Of a DNA stretch of 64,000 nucleotides, positions 1 through 64,000 are shown in pieces. The stretch spans positions 13,020,001 through 13,084,000 of the forward strand of contig OY740806.1 of the NCBI GenBank assembly GCA_963514005.1, read 5' to 3'. Both the position numbers and the translations under genes were made by a program. Within the stretch, counting starts at the first letter, position 1; every line of letters begins with the position of its first letter. The notes under the pieces were generated by a model that saw only the letters and a program-made list of their open reading frames with translations, did not search any database and was not told the origin of the DNA. This DNA comes from Raja brachyura. Its lineage: Eukaryota.

Positions 1-294
1 AGTGGATTTCAAAGATTGAACAGCAATGATGTCATAACTCCCTATTTGGTGCTGAGATTTTCTTGTTTTGCATAATTTATTAAAAGTCCATTTCCTTGGT
101 ATGATAAAAATTCTTGCCATTTACAATGCAATTACATAACTGCAGTCTAATCTTCAGTAGAATCACAGCTAGATAAAACCGTTGGAAATATCAGTGAAAT
201 GTCTTGGATTTCTCTTGTTTTTGTCAGCACTGTTCTATGGCACTTTCCATCAAAAGAAGTAAGAAATAGTTTTTTCTCCTTCATTTCATCAATA

Positions 295-516
295 CTCTCA
301 TAGCCCACGCATGCCCACCCCCATTCTCCTTCCACTCACATACACCAGGGACAATTTACAATAGCTTGTCAACCTATTCACCAGCATGTTTTTGGCATGT
401 GGGACATGAGAAAACCAGAGCAGCAGGGGAAACATACTGTCACCGAGCAAGCATGCAAATTGCACACAAACAACACCCAAAATTGGATCGAACTAGGATT
501 TCTGGAGGTGTGACGC
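295..516 (-). mobile_element. Degenerate V-SINE (HE1-like)
   Basis: Diverged match to the V-domain seen in the better-preserved copies (ggcatgtggga...gaaaaccagagca...gaaac). Confidence 0.6.
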
Positions 517-3103
517 AACATAGAAAATTGGTGCAGTAGTAGGTAATTTGGCCCTTTGAGCCAGCACCGCCATTCAATGTGATCGTGGCTGATCATCTGA
601 AATCAGTAACCCGTTCCTGCTTTTCCCCCATATCCCTTGATTCCTTTAGCCCTAAGAGCTAAATCTAACTCCCTCTTGAAACTATCCAGTGAATTGGCTT
701 CCACTGCCTACTGTGGCAGAGAATTCCACAGATTCACAACTCTAGGTGAAAAAGTTAACCTCATCTCATTCCTAAATGGACTACCCCTTATTCTTAAACT
801 GTGACCCCTGGTTTTGAACTCCCGCAACATCCGGATCATTTTTCCTGCATCTAGCCTGTCCAATCCTTTAAGAATTTTATGTTTCTATAAGATCTCCTCT
901 CATCCTTCTAAATTCCAGTGAATACAAGCCCAGTCGACCCATTCTTTCATCAAAATTGCGCACAATACCCCTGGTGCGATCCCACCGGGACCCTGTACAA
1001 CTACAGTAGGATCTCCTTGCTCCTAAACTCAAATCCTCTGACAATGAAGGACAACATACATTAGCTTTCTTCACTGCCTGCTGTACCTGCATGCTAACTT
1101 TCAATGATTGGTGTACAAAGCACACCCAGGTCTCGTTGCACCTCCCCTTTTCTTAATCTGACACCATTCAAATAATAATCTGCCTTCCTGTTCTTGCCAC
1201 CAAAGTGGACAACGTCACATGTATCCACTATTATACTGCATTTGCCCACTCACCCAACCTATCCAAGTCACCCTGCAGCCTCATAGCATCCTCATTGCAG
1301 CTCACACTCCCACCCAGCTTTGTGTCATCTGCAAACTTGGAGATTCCCTCATCTAAATTGGTAATATATATTGTAAATAACTGGGGCCCCAGCAACGAGC
1401 CTTGCGACAACCCACTGGTCACTGCCTGCCATTCTGAAAAGGACCCGTTAATTCCTACTCTTTGCTTCCTGTCTGCCAACCCTACCTCCAATATCATGTG
1501 CTATAATTTTGCACACTAATCTCTTGTGTGGGACCTCGTCAAAGGCTTTTTGAAAGTCCAGATACACCACATCCACTGGCACTTCCTTATCCATCCTACT
1601 TGTTACATCCTAAAAAAATTCCCGAAGATTCGTCAACGATGATTTCCCCATCATAAATCCATGCTGACTTTGACCAATCCTGTCTCTGCTTTCCAAATGC
1701 GCTGCTTTTACATTTTTAATAATTGACTCCAGCATCTTCCCCTTTATTGATGTAAGGCTAACTGGTCTATAATTCTCTCTCCCTCCTTTCGTAAAAGTGG
1801 AGTTACATTGACTACCCTCCAGTCCACAGGAACTGATCCAGAGTCAAGAGATCATTGGAAAATGGTCACCAATGTATCCATGATGTCTAGGGCCACCTCC
1901 TTAAGTACTCTGGGATGCAGACCATAGGCCTCGGGGATTTTTCTGTCTTCAGTCCCAACAGTTTACCTAATGCCATTTCCTGACTAATGTGGATTCCTTT
2001 CAGTTCCTCCCTCCCACTAGATCTTTGGTCCCCTAGTATTTCTGGGAGATTGTTGTGTCTTCCTTAGTGAAGACAGAACCAAAGTACTCGTTTAACTGTT
2101 CTTCCATTTCCTTGATTCCCCATTATATAATTCACTTTACAGTCAGTTTTTATATTCCCCACAAGCTTCTTTCGTGCTCTTCCCCCCCCCCCCCCCCCAT
2201 CTTAATTAACCCCTTTGTCCTCCTCTGTTGAATTATACATTTCTCCCAGCCCCCCTGTTTGCTGCTTACTCTGGCCAAATTATAGGCCTCTTCCTTGGAT
2301 TTAACACTATCCTTGATTTCCCTCGTTAGCCACGGTTGAGCCGCCTTCCCTGTTTTATTTTTTTGTCAGTCAGGGGTGAACAATTTTTGGAATTCATCCA
2401 TGCAGTCTGTAAATCTTTGCCATTGCATCTCCACTGGCAACCCTTTAAGTATAAATTGGCAGTCTATCCTAGCCAATTCCCATCTCATACCTTCAAAGTC
2501 TCCTTTGTTTAAATTCAGGACCCTAGTCTCTGAATTAACCATCACTCTCCATCCTAATGCAGAATTCCACCATATTATGGTCACTGTTGCCCAAGGGGCT
2601 TTGCACAATAAGATCGCTAACTAATTCTTCCTCAGTACACAATACCCAGTCTAGGATGGCCTGCCCTCTAGTCGGTTCGTCTACATATTGGTCTAAAAAA
2701 CCATCTCGTATATATTCCAGGAAATCCTCCTCAGCGCTACTACCAATTTGGTTGGCCCAATCTATATGTAGATTAAAGTCAGCCATGATAACTGCTGTAC
2801 CTTTGCTACACGCATCCCTAATTACCTGCTTGATGCAATCCCCAACCTCCCTACTGCTATTTGGTGTTCTGTATACAACTCCAGCAAGCGTTTTCTGCTC
2901 TTGGCTATTTTGCAATTCTACCCATACCGATTCTACAGCATCCAAGCTAATGTCTCTCCTTGGTATTGCATTAATCTCCTCTTTAGCCAGCAATGCCACC
3001 CCACCTGCTCTGCCTTTCTGAATATTGAATACCCCTGCATGTTTAGCTCCCAACCTTGGTCACCCAGAAGCCATGTCTCCATAATTCCAACTGTAACATA
3101 TCC
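517..3103 (-). mobile_element. CR1-clade LINE (HER1-like), internally deleted ORF2 remnant with APE endonuclease and RT fragments
   Basis: ORF pieces GVVYRTPNS..DFNLHIDW..ILDWVL..SDHNMVEF (APE), [19 protein letters not shown] (RT) and LYSLEFRRMRGDLIET; 3' tail near 517; stops and frameshifts present. Confidence 0.92.
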
Positions 3104-3870
3104 CGCAGCTCCGCTCTTGCTCCCCCTCCCCCCATTCGTAACAAGGTCAGAGCTTTGTCCTCTCTTTCCACCCCATCAGCCGTTGCATACAGCATATAAT
3201 CCTCCAATTTTTTTTGCCACCTCCAACGAGATCCCACTACTGGCCACATCTTCCCATCTCCACCCCTTTCTGCTTTCCACAGAGACTGTTCCCTCCGAAA
3301 CTCCCTGGTCAACTCGTCCCCACCCAAACCACCCACTCCCCAGGTACTTTCCCCTGCAACCGCAGGAGATGCAACACCTGTCCCTTTTACCTCCCCCCCC
3401 CCCCCCCCCCCCCCCCGACTCCATCGAACGACACAAACAGTCTTTCCAGGTGAGGCAGAGGTTCACTTGCACCTCTTCCAACCTCATCTACTGTATCCGC
3501 TGCTCCAGGTGTCAACTTCTCTACATCGGCGAGACCAAGCGCAGGCTCGGCGATCGTCTAAATGAACACCTCCGCTCAGTCCGTCTTAACCTACCTGATC
3601 TCCTGGTGGCTTAGCACTTCAACTCTGCCTCCCATTCCCAATCTGACCTTTCTGTCCTGGGCCTCCTCCATAGTCAGAGTGAGGCACAGCGCAAATTGGA
3701 GGAACAGCACCTCATATTTTGCTTGGGTAGTTTACACCCCAGTGGTATGAACATTGACTTCTCTAACTTCAGATAGCCCTTGCTTTCCCTCTCATCCACT
3801 TCCCTTCCCAGTTCTCCCACTAGTCTTACTGTCTCCGACTACATTCTACCTTTGTCCTGCCCCCACCCAA
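3104..3870 (+). mobile_element. Penelope-like element fragment with GIY-YIG endonuclease, pseudogenised
   Basis: FTCTSSNLIYCIRCSRCQLLYIGETKRRLGDRLNEH...*HFN...EEQHLIFCLGSLHPSGMN: IY-YIG motif with the upstream CxxxxCxxC linker; in-frame stop and poly-C expansion. Confidence 0.9.
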
Positions 3871-4090
3871 AGATCACATGTCTCAGAGGCTCAGCAGAAG
3901 GATGTTGTTTATTAAGGAAGCCAACAAGAGCACTAAATACAATAATCCTTCATTTCAAGGCATGATAAGTTGAAACTCAGTTAGCACACTTGGCATTAGA
4001 CTTGTCCAAAATAATCAGTCTCCATGACTCTTCTTTTTATTTGTAAATTATCTTTTGTCCTGTTAGACAAACATGTAATGCTAAAACCGA

Positions 4091-4330
4091 AAAAGCACAA
4101 AATGCTGGAGAAACTCAGCAAGTCAGGCAGCATCTCTGGCGAACATGGATAGGTGACATTTTGGATTGGGATCTTTTTCAGACTTCAATATAGGCATCAG
4201 TTTGAAGAAGCATCCTATGACCTGAAACGTCACCTACCCATGTTTTCCAGAGATACTGCCTGACCTGTTGAATTACTCAGCACTTTGTGTCTTCTTTTGT
4301 AAACCAGCATCTTCAGTTCCTTGTTTACAC
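4091..4330. mobile_element. Palindromic Penelope-derived mini-element (two inverted arms, decayed hammerhead cores)
   Basis: aaaatgctggagaaactcagc..ggcagcatctctgg arm and its reverse complement; ttgaagaag...gaaacgtc remnant. Confidence 0.75.
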
Positions 4331-4594
4331 TAACCCTAAAACTGATCTGCATTTGTTAAGAGATAGGGCAGAACCTTGACAGAAGAATTTGCACCAGATG
4401 GAACAGACCCTCTTTGGCTTCCCAATGGTTGTTTTTGTATGATTCAGTCCTCTGCAGGCTGTCTCTTTGTCCTGGAGATTAGAATATGAAAGTATTAGCA
4501 CCTTTTTTTATGGAAGATTAATATACTGAACATGCCCTGAGTGATTAAACGGTTGCTTTTGTAGTATGATTTATTTGGGTGCAATAAGCTCTTA

Positions 4595-4900
4595 AGGGCC
4601 TGTCCCACCAGCATGCAACTCTATGCAATTAGCGCGACTTAACGTGGTCGCTTGAGCCGTCCGGCGTTGCGGGGCCGGTCCCGACATCGCGCGGGGCTCC
4701 GAAAAACTGACTGTTCAAAAATTCCGCACGGCAACGGCTTGTCGGCTCGCAGTCGCCTCGACGCATTACACACCGCCTCGACATTGTGCCTCCGTGAACC
4801 TATCTGTAGGTGCCTCCGTGACCCTCTATATTGTGTGGCTCCGTGGCCCTCTGTGTGTGTGCCTCTGTGCCCCTCTCTGTGTGCCCCTCTGTGTGCCCAT
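4595..4900. mobile_element. Truncated Harbinger-type MITE followed by a (CTGTGTGCCCCT)-like minisatellite
   Basis: TTA|AGGGCCTGTCCCAC left TIR; GC-rich interior; no right TIR found. Confidence 0.6.
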
Positions 4901-6561
4901 ATTGCAGTTTAAAGGTTCTTGTAGTTCCAGAATGTCAAAGCTAGATATAAGATGCACTTATTTCACATTGTGCTAGACACTTGTAGAAGTCAGCATTGAC
5001 AGGGAAAGAGAAGGTGAAGAAATAAGTGGAGGGGAAGACTGTAAGCTCCAAACCTGTCCCACATTTCATTAGAATTGTGGTCTATGTAAATTACCTTAAT
5101 TCGACTTTTCTGCCTGATTCCCACAGACCTTTATTGCAAAAGAAAATCTATTTCAGCCTTGAATGTACCTCATGGCTTGATTCATAACTTCTCTGGAATT
5201 AATTCCAAACGTGTGCAACCTTCAGAGAAGAAATAATTTCTCCCCTAATCACCCTTCCCCAAATCTTGACACTCTTGCTCCTGGTTCTAAACTGCCTCAC
5301 CCAGTCAAAACATTCTCGCACCATCTACTTTGTCAAGGCTCCTCAGAAACGTGCAAGTCTCTATCAGATCTGCTGTGTTTGTTCTAAACTTAAAGGTGCA
5401 GGCCCAATTTTTCACTCTTTTTCTTATAGGACTCCCCCTTGAACGTAATATCTTTTTATCTGATCATTTATAATCGCCATTTGTGTTTTCAATACTTATG
5501 AGGTTAACAATAAAGTTTTGAATCTGAATCTGAACACGTCTGTAGTTTCCTCGAATGTATTATCACTTTCCGAATACTCTGAGATACAGGTGGAATGAAA
5601 TTCAAGCTTGCACATAGTCATAGTAGTTGTTCGTGAACCTAGTGGCGTAGGACTGAAGACTTCGGTACCTCTTGCCCAATGGTGAAATCTGTTTCTGTCT
5701 TTCTTTATTTAACAGTGAAGCTATATTTGCTATCCTCCAACCTGCAATCTGGAAAAATATATTTATTTTCGTACACCAAGATTCAGATTATCAGACCCTG
5801 GGGAATTATGGACTCCCAATACAGTTAATCTTTCCAACCCTATGTTGTTCACTAATATTAATTTCCTTTCATTCACCGCCTTCGTGACAATCTTTGCCCC
5901 CTAACATTTTTGATAAATATTTGTGTTCCTCTTATTTGAAAACAGGAGCCAAATACTTGAGTAATTGCCCTGCTGTTTTCCTTTTCTAAATGCAGTAGCC
6001 CGACCTACACTCACCTTCACTTTTTTATTTTGTACAACTACTCGTATGAAAAATAGAAAATGCTGGGTACACTCAGCAGGTCGGACAGCATCTGAAGGGA
6101 GAAATGATTAACGTTTTGGGTCCATGACACTTTTCGCAAAGGTTTAGTATCATACTCTTTGTTTTCTGAACTGATGTCTTTGAGAAACTAAGTAATCTGT
6201 CTGAGTATGGAAACATTTCAGCCTTCATCAAAGAAGACAATCTTATTTAATTCCTTTTTGAATCAACAATTTTTAAATTAGTGTTGGCCATATTACTTAT
6301 TTTTATGTTTGGCAAGAATATATATTTTCTATATTCTTTCCTTAAGCATTAACCGTTGCAATGTCATCATTTTAGAAAATATGTATGCTGAGGATTATAA
6401 TTTAAACTCAAATTTGAATTGGCTTGTATTACTTGTGAGAATTACGCAGAGGTATCTGATTTCTTCCGACAATTAACATTGCTTTTCCCCCCCCGACAGA
6501 TTGTGCAGGTGTCCTTGCCTTGCTGCAGAACCTTACAGCCTTGCTTTCCTGACAAGGTGCA

Positions 6562-58179
<51,618 letters not shown>

Positions 58180-61100
58180 GGACCCATTCACTGTTGCCTG
58201 AAGCCTATAACTGCACCGAAGTCACTGAAAGGACCAAGGAGGGATCAGAAAATTATGCTATTTATTTTTTTTGTAGTAGTAAAATATTACTCCCTATGAA
58301 TGTATTTGATTTTAAAGATGTCTTCGCCTTTTTTAATTATTTATGCTATATGAGGAGAAATTCCGTTTCTGCAGAATGGAGTTTTAGCCTTGTTTTGTAT
58401 AAAGTTTTGTAATAATATAAAGACAGAGGAAGCTATAGAAATTGTTAATTAATATTGGATCATACCTATCTGGTGGTTTGACAAGCACTTGGAAGGAGGA
58501 CATTTTGAGGTTCAATGGCCAGACTGTGAGATGCAGGAGCTGATCCATGCAATAACCCTTGGGGCGGGTGCTGCAAATAGTGGGAATGGGAACCTGTGGG
58601 TAGTGTAGAGCGACATTAGTTGCTGATATGTAGATAATGGGACTGGTAAAAAGAAATGCTCAATCCTGTCAGACATGCTTATTAGACCAACTCCATTTAA
58701 ATGGATCAACTTGATTCACATCAGGTTGAAAGCATCCACTTCTCTGGTTTGCATTGTATTCATGAATCTATTGCCGTCATATAATAACCTGCTTGGTTTA
58801 AACAAATCGACAAGTTAGGAAGGGATAACGCACCAGAGGCCAAATTTCAGCAAGTCCATTTTGTGCTACACCTGGTGTTTCCATCACTAACTGAAGACGC
58901 GTGGCCGATTCAGATGAAAGATCCCACCTTTCACTGCTGAGTATTTAGACTTGTCTTTCTAACAGAACAAGAAGTCCCATGTACAATAAAATATTCAATG
59001 TCCATGAAAAGAGAGAGATGCAACTGCCAGCCAATAGCTTCACCGGTCTTTACTCATATAAAACAGAGACGTACAGCAGATTCATCTGCACTACTAACGT
59101 TGTTATAATAATGCTTTTTAACAAGGAGTGTGACAGTTTTAAATGTACAGCTATATAATTAATGCACTTTTTGGATGCATTTACCCAGCTGTTACAATAT
59201 TGACTTAATTTTTAATTGAGGTGAAATGAAGTTTCATTGGCACTGTTTGAATTTGGTTGACATTGCAGCTGTATGTATTACAGATCCAGTGTGCTGTTTC
59301 ATGGTCTCCTTTCATTCTTATTGTGCATTATATATTAGAGTGTAGATGATTATTAATGTATCCAGTCTTCAGGTACTCTTGCTCACGAGTTGGTTGTAGC
59401 AGCTTTGAATCTGGGTGCCCCTGGGTCTAGAGGCTTCCAGAATCTGCACTTTCTCAATTCAACCATAGGTGTTTATTAACTTTTTAGTGAGGTAACATGG
59501 AGAAAAACAAAAACCTCTGGTTCTGGCAAGTTAAGCTCAATGCAGCCATTCAACTTCTGGGACCACTTGATGCTTTCAATGGGACCATAAGTATGCAAAG
59601 TTTCTCTTTTCCCCTGTTGGTTATGTCTCTTCTCCTTAACGGGTTTAACTTATAAGACCTAGACCTGTATATTCATGGGTATGGACACCTTCCTTAGAGT
59701 CACCCCAGTTCCATGATTTCCTGACCACTCATCTACTGACCGCTCCTTATCATCACCGACCCACCATCACTACTCTAACCTCAAACTTTGAAACAAATTC
59801 CTTGCATAACCGCTATCTGTCTCTTTATTTGCATTTGGTTCATCGTGCTAAAAATAAATTCCCCAAGTTGTATCCAAACTGCTGGCAGTTCACTAGAATC
59901 CACTGGCTGGTGAAACAACTCTCTTCATATTTGATTTTATACTCTGGGTTGGACAAGGACTGCAAGCAATTGGTTAGGAGCCAGTGTCAGAATAAAACTA
60001 AAATAAAAATATTCAATGGCTCTATCAGAGTTTAAAAGACACAAGTAAATCAATGTTGTAGGTGGGTTTCTGTTGGAAGTGTACAAATTTGTTTGGTTGG
60101 AAAAAATGTAAATATCAAGGTTAAAAATTCTTCTTTCCAAAACATTGTCTGTTCAAGGAGTTTGGACTTTCCAACCTCCTCTGGCTAACCCGCCGCAGCA
60201 AAGAGGGGAGCTAACATAGACCGTCCTTTGTAATACCTCTACTGACCCCCAAAGGATGATGTGGGCAAATATTTAATGTTTTATCAATCGTGTGACTTCA
60301 GAAAGGTTGTAGGTTGTTCCGGTTTTTTTGGATCACGTTATAAAACGCCTGATGCCAGGATGGGCTTTCAAATCTCCCTTAATCCCAGAGTTCGGAAGAT
60401 CAACAGCCCAACCTTTATTATAACATCATATTATTGGAACATAAAACACTACAGCACCAGAACAGACCATTCAGCCCACAATGTCTGTGTTGAGCATGAT
60501 GCTAAGACCATCACTTATCTACCTGTACATAACTCGTATCTATCCATTCCCTGCACATCCAAATAGGTTTGCGTTAAATACCTCTCCATTAAACATCATA
60601 AAAAGGTTAACAACTATCAAGGTCTGTCATTCCAAGCGTAGAACAGTTATTTATTCCAATTGCGCACTCCTGATTCAGAGTCTCCCGTTGGAAAATCAAA
60701 GGTCCCACATTTTATTTTGTCATGATGAGCAATAAATGGGAGGGTACACTTAGCCTGTCTTCTAGACATTAGGGGAGGTAGGCGGTTTACACATTGGATA
60801 GGTATGTCCAATGCTGTTGTAAACCTCCACTCTGGACCAGAGATAATAGTCTGAGTCTGACTGCAATGTTACAGTTAGTTTATGATTTTCTGCCAACAGG
60901 AAGCTGTGTAAAGACTATTCTGGAGCCACTCAGTTGTAAATATTACCCTCAAAACCCAACACTACAGTCACAGATTGTCTCCAAATTCCCCAGTAATGAT
61001 TCATTAAAAAAATCAAACTGCCTAAGTTTTATTATACTCTTATCTTTCACCCTCTATTGAAAACAAATAGTGCTGTTTTTTAAATGCATGTTTTTGTATT

Positions 61101-61235
61101 ATATAGAAAATGTGCTATATTTTCATAAATGGTTGTAATATTCTTGTTGAAATTGTACATATTTTTCTAAATATGATAGCTCAGTGAAATGTTTGTAAGA
61201 TACTGTTAATATTAAAGATAATGCTGTTGCCTCCA
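58180..61235 (+). other. Probable CDON 3' UTR (~3 kb)
   Basis: Follows the stop codon; AU-rich and TE-poor compared with the introns; ends in a U-rich block (61070-61210), ATTAAA at 61211-61216 and downstream GU-rich sequence. Other AATAAA hexamers near 58985, 59991 and 60731 could be alternative sites. Confidence 0.55.
61211..61216 (+). terminator. Candidate polyadenylation signal ATTAAA
   Basis: Upstream TGTA/U-rich elements, downstream GU-rich tract, TE density rises again right after it. Confidence 0.45.
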
Positions 61236-61394
61236 TTTGCTATGTTTCGTGATGTGGCACCGGGAACATTATGCGTAGATGTTATCTCTTGTGTTGAGGG
61301 ATCACTGAGTGTTGGTACAGGGACTGAAGGGTAAAATGAGGCAGACTTTTAAATCTGCATAACCATATATCTCTGAAACAGTTGGTATTTGTTG

Positions 61395-61630
61395 GAAATT
61401 GAGGTGTGGGGGAGAAAGGAGAGGGGGGAAGGGGGTGTTAGAGGTTACCTAAAACTGGAGAATTCAACGTTAATATCATTGTGCTATAAACTACCAAAGA
61501 GAAATACGAGTTGCTTTTCTTCGAGTTTGTGTGTGGCCTCACTCTGGCCATGGAGGGGGTCCAGGACAGAATGGTCAATATGGGAATGGGGAGTTAAAAT
61601 GGTCAGCAACCAGGCGATCAGATAGAGCTT
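61395..61630 (-). mobile_element. Penelope GIY-YIG C-terminal fragment
   Basis: HSHIDHSVLDPLHGQSEATHKLEEKQLVFLFGSL matches the end of the 3104-3870 element; similar remnants at ~24190, ~55780 and 63975(+). Confidence 0.75.
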
Positions 61631-61805
61631 GGTGGATCGGTAGTTTCTCGGGTTCCTGAAAGAACTACACTGGAATAGCAGATCATTCCCTTCACACTTT
61701 GCCTCTTTGAATTTGTAATCCAGGATTTGCATTGATCATTTTGAAGATCTCAGCAATGGCAGTGAGGAGCTACTTTGATCCCAAATCAATGCTAATGTAG
61801 TAATA

Positions 61806-62025
61806 GGATGGCACAGTGGTGCAATGGTAGAGTTTGTATGTTCTCCCTGTGACCGTGTGGGTTTTCCTCCCACACTCCAAGGCCGTGCATGTTTGTAGGT
61901 TACTTGGCATCTGTTGATTGTAAATTGTCCCTAGTGTGTAGGACAGTGCTAGTATACGGGATGGTCGGAGTACGCCCCAATGATCACAGGCCCTGTTTCC
62001 GCACTGGGTCCCTGAGGTCTAAAAG
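61806..62025 (+). mobile_element. Internally deleted V-SINE
   Basis: ggcacagtggtgcaatggtagag head, V-domain ttcctcccacactccaa, tail ggccctgtttccgcactg. Confidence 0.75.
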
Positions 62026-62141
62026 TAAATATATAGACAGAATGAGAAATCTCTGTATATTACTTCGATGTAAGAAAGAGGGAGAAATAGAGATGGTTCT
62101 TGCTCACCTTCTACATGCAACCAAATTAATTACTTCATAAC

Positions 62142-62813
62142 AAGTCAAGTCAAACAAACTTTATTGTCATTTAGAAATACATTGATACATGCAGTTCCAA
62201 ACGAAATTACGTTGCATTTGGCTCCCTGTGCAACACAATAAATTAACCGAAGGATAGGCATGGGTGAAAAGGATAAATAGACAATAGTGGCAGCCCATTA
62301 CATGGCATTCAGGAGTCTGATGGCTCGTGGGAAGAAGCTGTTGCAGAACCTTGATGTTCTGCTCCTTATGCTGCGGTATCTTTTTCCCGAGGGCAGCAGA
62401 GTGAACAGTCCATGATGGAGATGTGTGGGGTCTTTTATAATACTGCTGGCCTTAGACACACAGCGTTTGGTCGCAATATCCCCGATTGAGGGGAGAGAGG
62501 TCCCGATGATTTTCTCCGCTGTCCTCACCACTCTCTGCACAGACTTCCAGTCGGAGGCTCTACAGTCCCCAAACCAGACAGAGATACAGCTGGTCAGAAT
62601 ACTTTCTATGGTGCCCCTGTAGAAAGTAGTGAGGATGGGATGGGGGAGATGAGCTCTTCTCATCCGGCGCAGAAAGTGCAACCGCTGCTGCGCTCTCTTA
62701 ACAGTTGATGAGATGTTATTCGACCAGGTCAGACTGTTAGTGATCTGCACCCCCAGGAACTTTGTGCTGCTGACCACCTCCACATCGCTGTCATTGATGT
62801 GAAGTGGTGTGGG
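62142..62813 (-). mobile_element. Young 5'-truncated Rex1/Babar-clade LINE with 10-bp TSD
   Basis: Uninterrupted C-terminal ORF (KFLGVQITNSLTWS..KRAQQRLHFLRR..FYRGTIESILT..NSFFPRAIRLLN); (ACTTG)n tail; TSD ACTTCATAAC at 62132-62141 and 62814-62823. Confidence 0.88.
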
Positions 62814-63114
62814 ACTTCATAACGACTAGGTTCTGAATGTACCTATTTTTGCAACACTGCGTACTACACCACAGAATGTCGGTATGGGGAGTTAAGAGTT
62901 AAATTAAGAGGAATAGTTCCAGAAATTTCCCTTGTGATTGCCAGAGTACAGGAGATTAAAGGTTGAACTGACTAGTGAGCTTTGAATAACGGACAGGAAA
63001 TGGTTTATTTATATTTGCCTCGCACTGAAAAACAACAAGATCACAAAATCCTGTTTATTACAAAACTGGAAATAGAGTTGTTTCACTCAAAGGACAATAG
63101 AAACCAGGAAGAGT

Positions 63115-63376
63115 GTTTAGTTTGGAGATACAGTGCAGAAACAGGCCCTTCACCAAGTCCGCACGCGAACATTATCCTACACACTAGGGACAATGTACAG
63201 TTTTTACCAAAGTCAATTAAATTACAAACCTGTAGGCCTTTGGAGTGAGAGGAATCCGGAGCACCCGGGGAAAATCCATGCAGTCACATGGAGAACGTAC
63301 AAACTCCGTACAGACAGCACTTGTCAGAATCGAACCCGGATCTCTGGCGCTGTAAGGCAGCAACTCTCCCTCTACC
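63115..63376 (-). mobile_element. V-SINE (HE1-like)
   Basis: Same tail, V-domain and head order as 14371-14671. Confidence 0.83.
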
Positions 63377-64000
63377 CGTTTAAAAAAAAAAGTGCTCCAA
63401 ATTGATGCTGAAACAGCATGTGTTTTACTTCTGTTGAGTAAAGTTCAGTGCAATACAGAAGAACACTTGTGTTAATGTAGCAGGTTCAGATTCTTGGGAA
63501 ATTTCAAGAATGATACAGCCTATTATTTTTGAAGTGAAGACACTTGCAGAGAAGGTGACAATCTCACAAGTCACAATGTGGACAAAGATGGAAGATGTGT
63601 CTGTGGCAGATCACACATGGTCTATTTGAATGGTAAAGCAGGGGTCAGGCACTGAGTTGTACATTCTGTTCTTATAGTCTAATAGCAAGGAATTGCACTG
63701 ATTCATAAGGAAAGCATTATTTTATTTAACCTAAAACAGCACTCCAGCCAGACTGGAGATAATCCTTCAGCGCAACGGTTTATATGTAGCGTGAAGACAA
63801 AGCAGTCAGGGTGCCTAATTCACATCAAGATCCTCTGAACCACCTTTCGATCTGCACTTTGGTTATGTGAAACTTATTGTCAGGAGATGAGTGTTAGAAG
63901 TTGAGGAGAGTTTTGAATAAGCACTATTGGAATAAGTTAAAGGCTGGAATCTATTTGTAGATAATTCCTTTAATCAGCGGTATGAACATTGACTTCTCCA

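Noticed and set aside
2376-3021. Plus-strand ORFs of 82 and 154 aa
   Set aside because: Antisense shadows of the CR1 endonuclease region
1-6499. CDON promoter and first non-coding exon
   Set aside because: No promoter-type CpG island or convincing exon found; the GC-rich patch at 4600-4800 is a MITE, so the TSS is probably upstream of the window
58891-58925. CTGAAGA...GAAA spacing in the 3' UTR
   Set aside because: The intervening sequence cannot form helix II; chance match

Overview
Vertebrate genomic DNA, not prokaryotic. The repeat complement (HE1/V-SINEs, HER1/CR1 LINEs, Penelope-derived repeats) points to a cartilaginous fish, probably a skate or ray (inference). The + strand carries the complete coding region of CDON, the Hedgehog co-receptor with 5 Ig and 3 FNIII domains, a transmembrane helix and a cytoplasmic tail. 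I reconstructed 19 phase-compatible GT-AG coding exons from 6562 to 58179 (3804 nt, 1267 aa), followed by a probable ~3 kb 3' UTR. The introns are dense with CR1, Rex1/Babar and Penelope (GIY-YIG) retroelement fragments, V-SINEs and Harbinger-type MITEs. The most striking non-genic signals are RNA structures inside short mobile elements. (1) A 138-bp TSD-flanked SINE-like element whose first 54 nt fold into a compact HDV/CPEB3-like ribozyme beginning exactly at the element's 5' boundary; the catalytic C is U in this copy. (2) A family of young TSD-flanked Penelope-derived mini-elements carrying a minimal hammerhead core. (3) A ~37-bp intronic hairpin whose only mismatches are G.U-compatible on the transcribed strand. 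All alignments and folds were done by eye; none was computed or searched.
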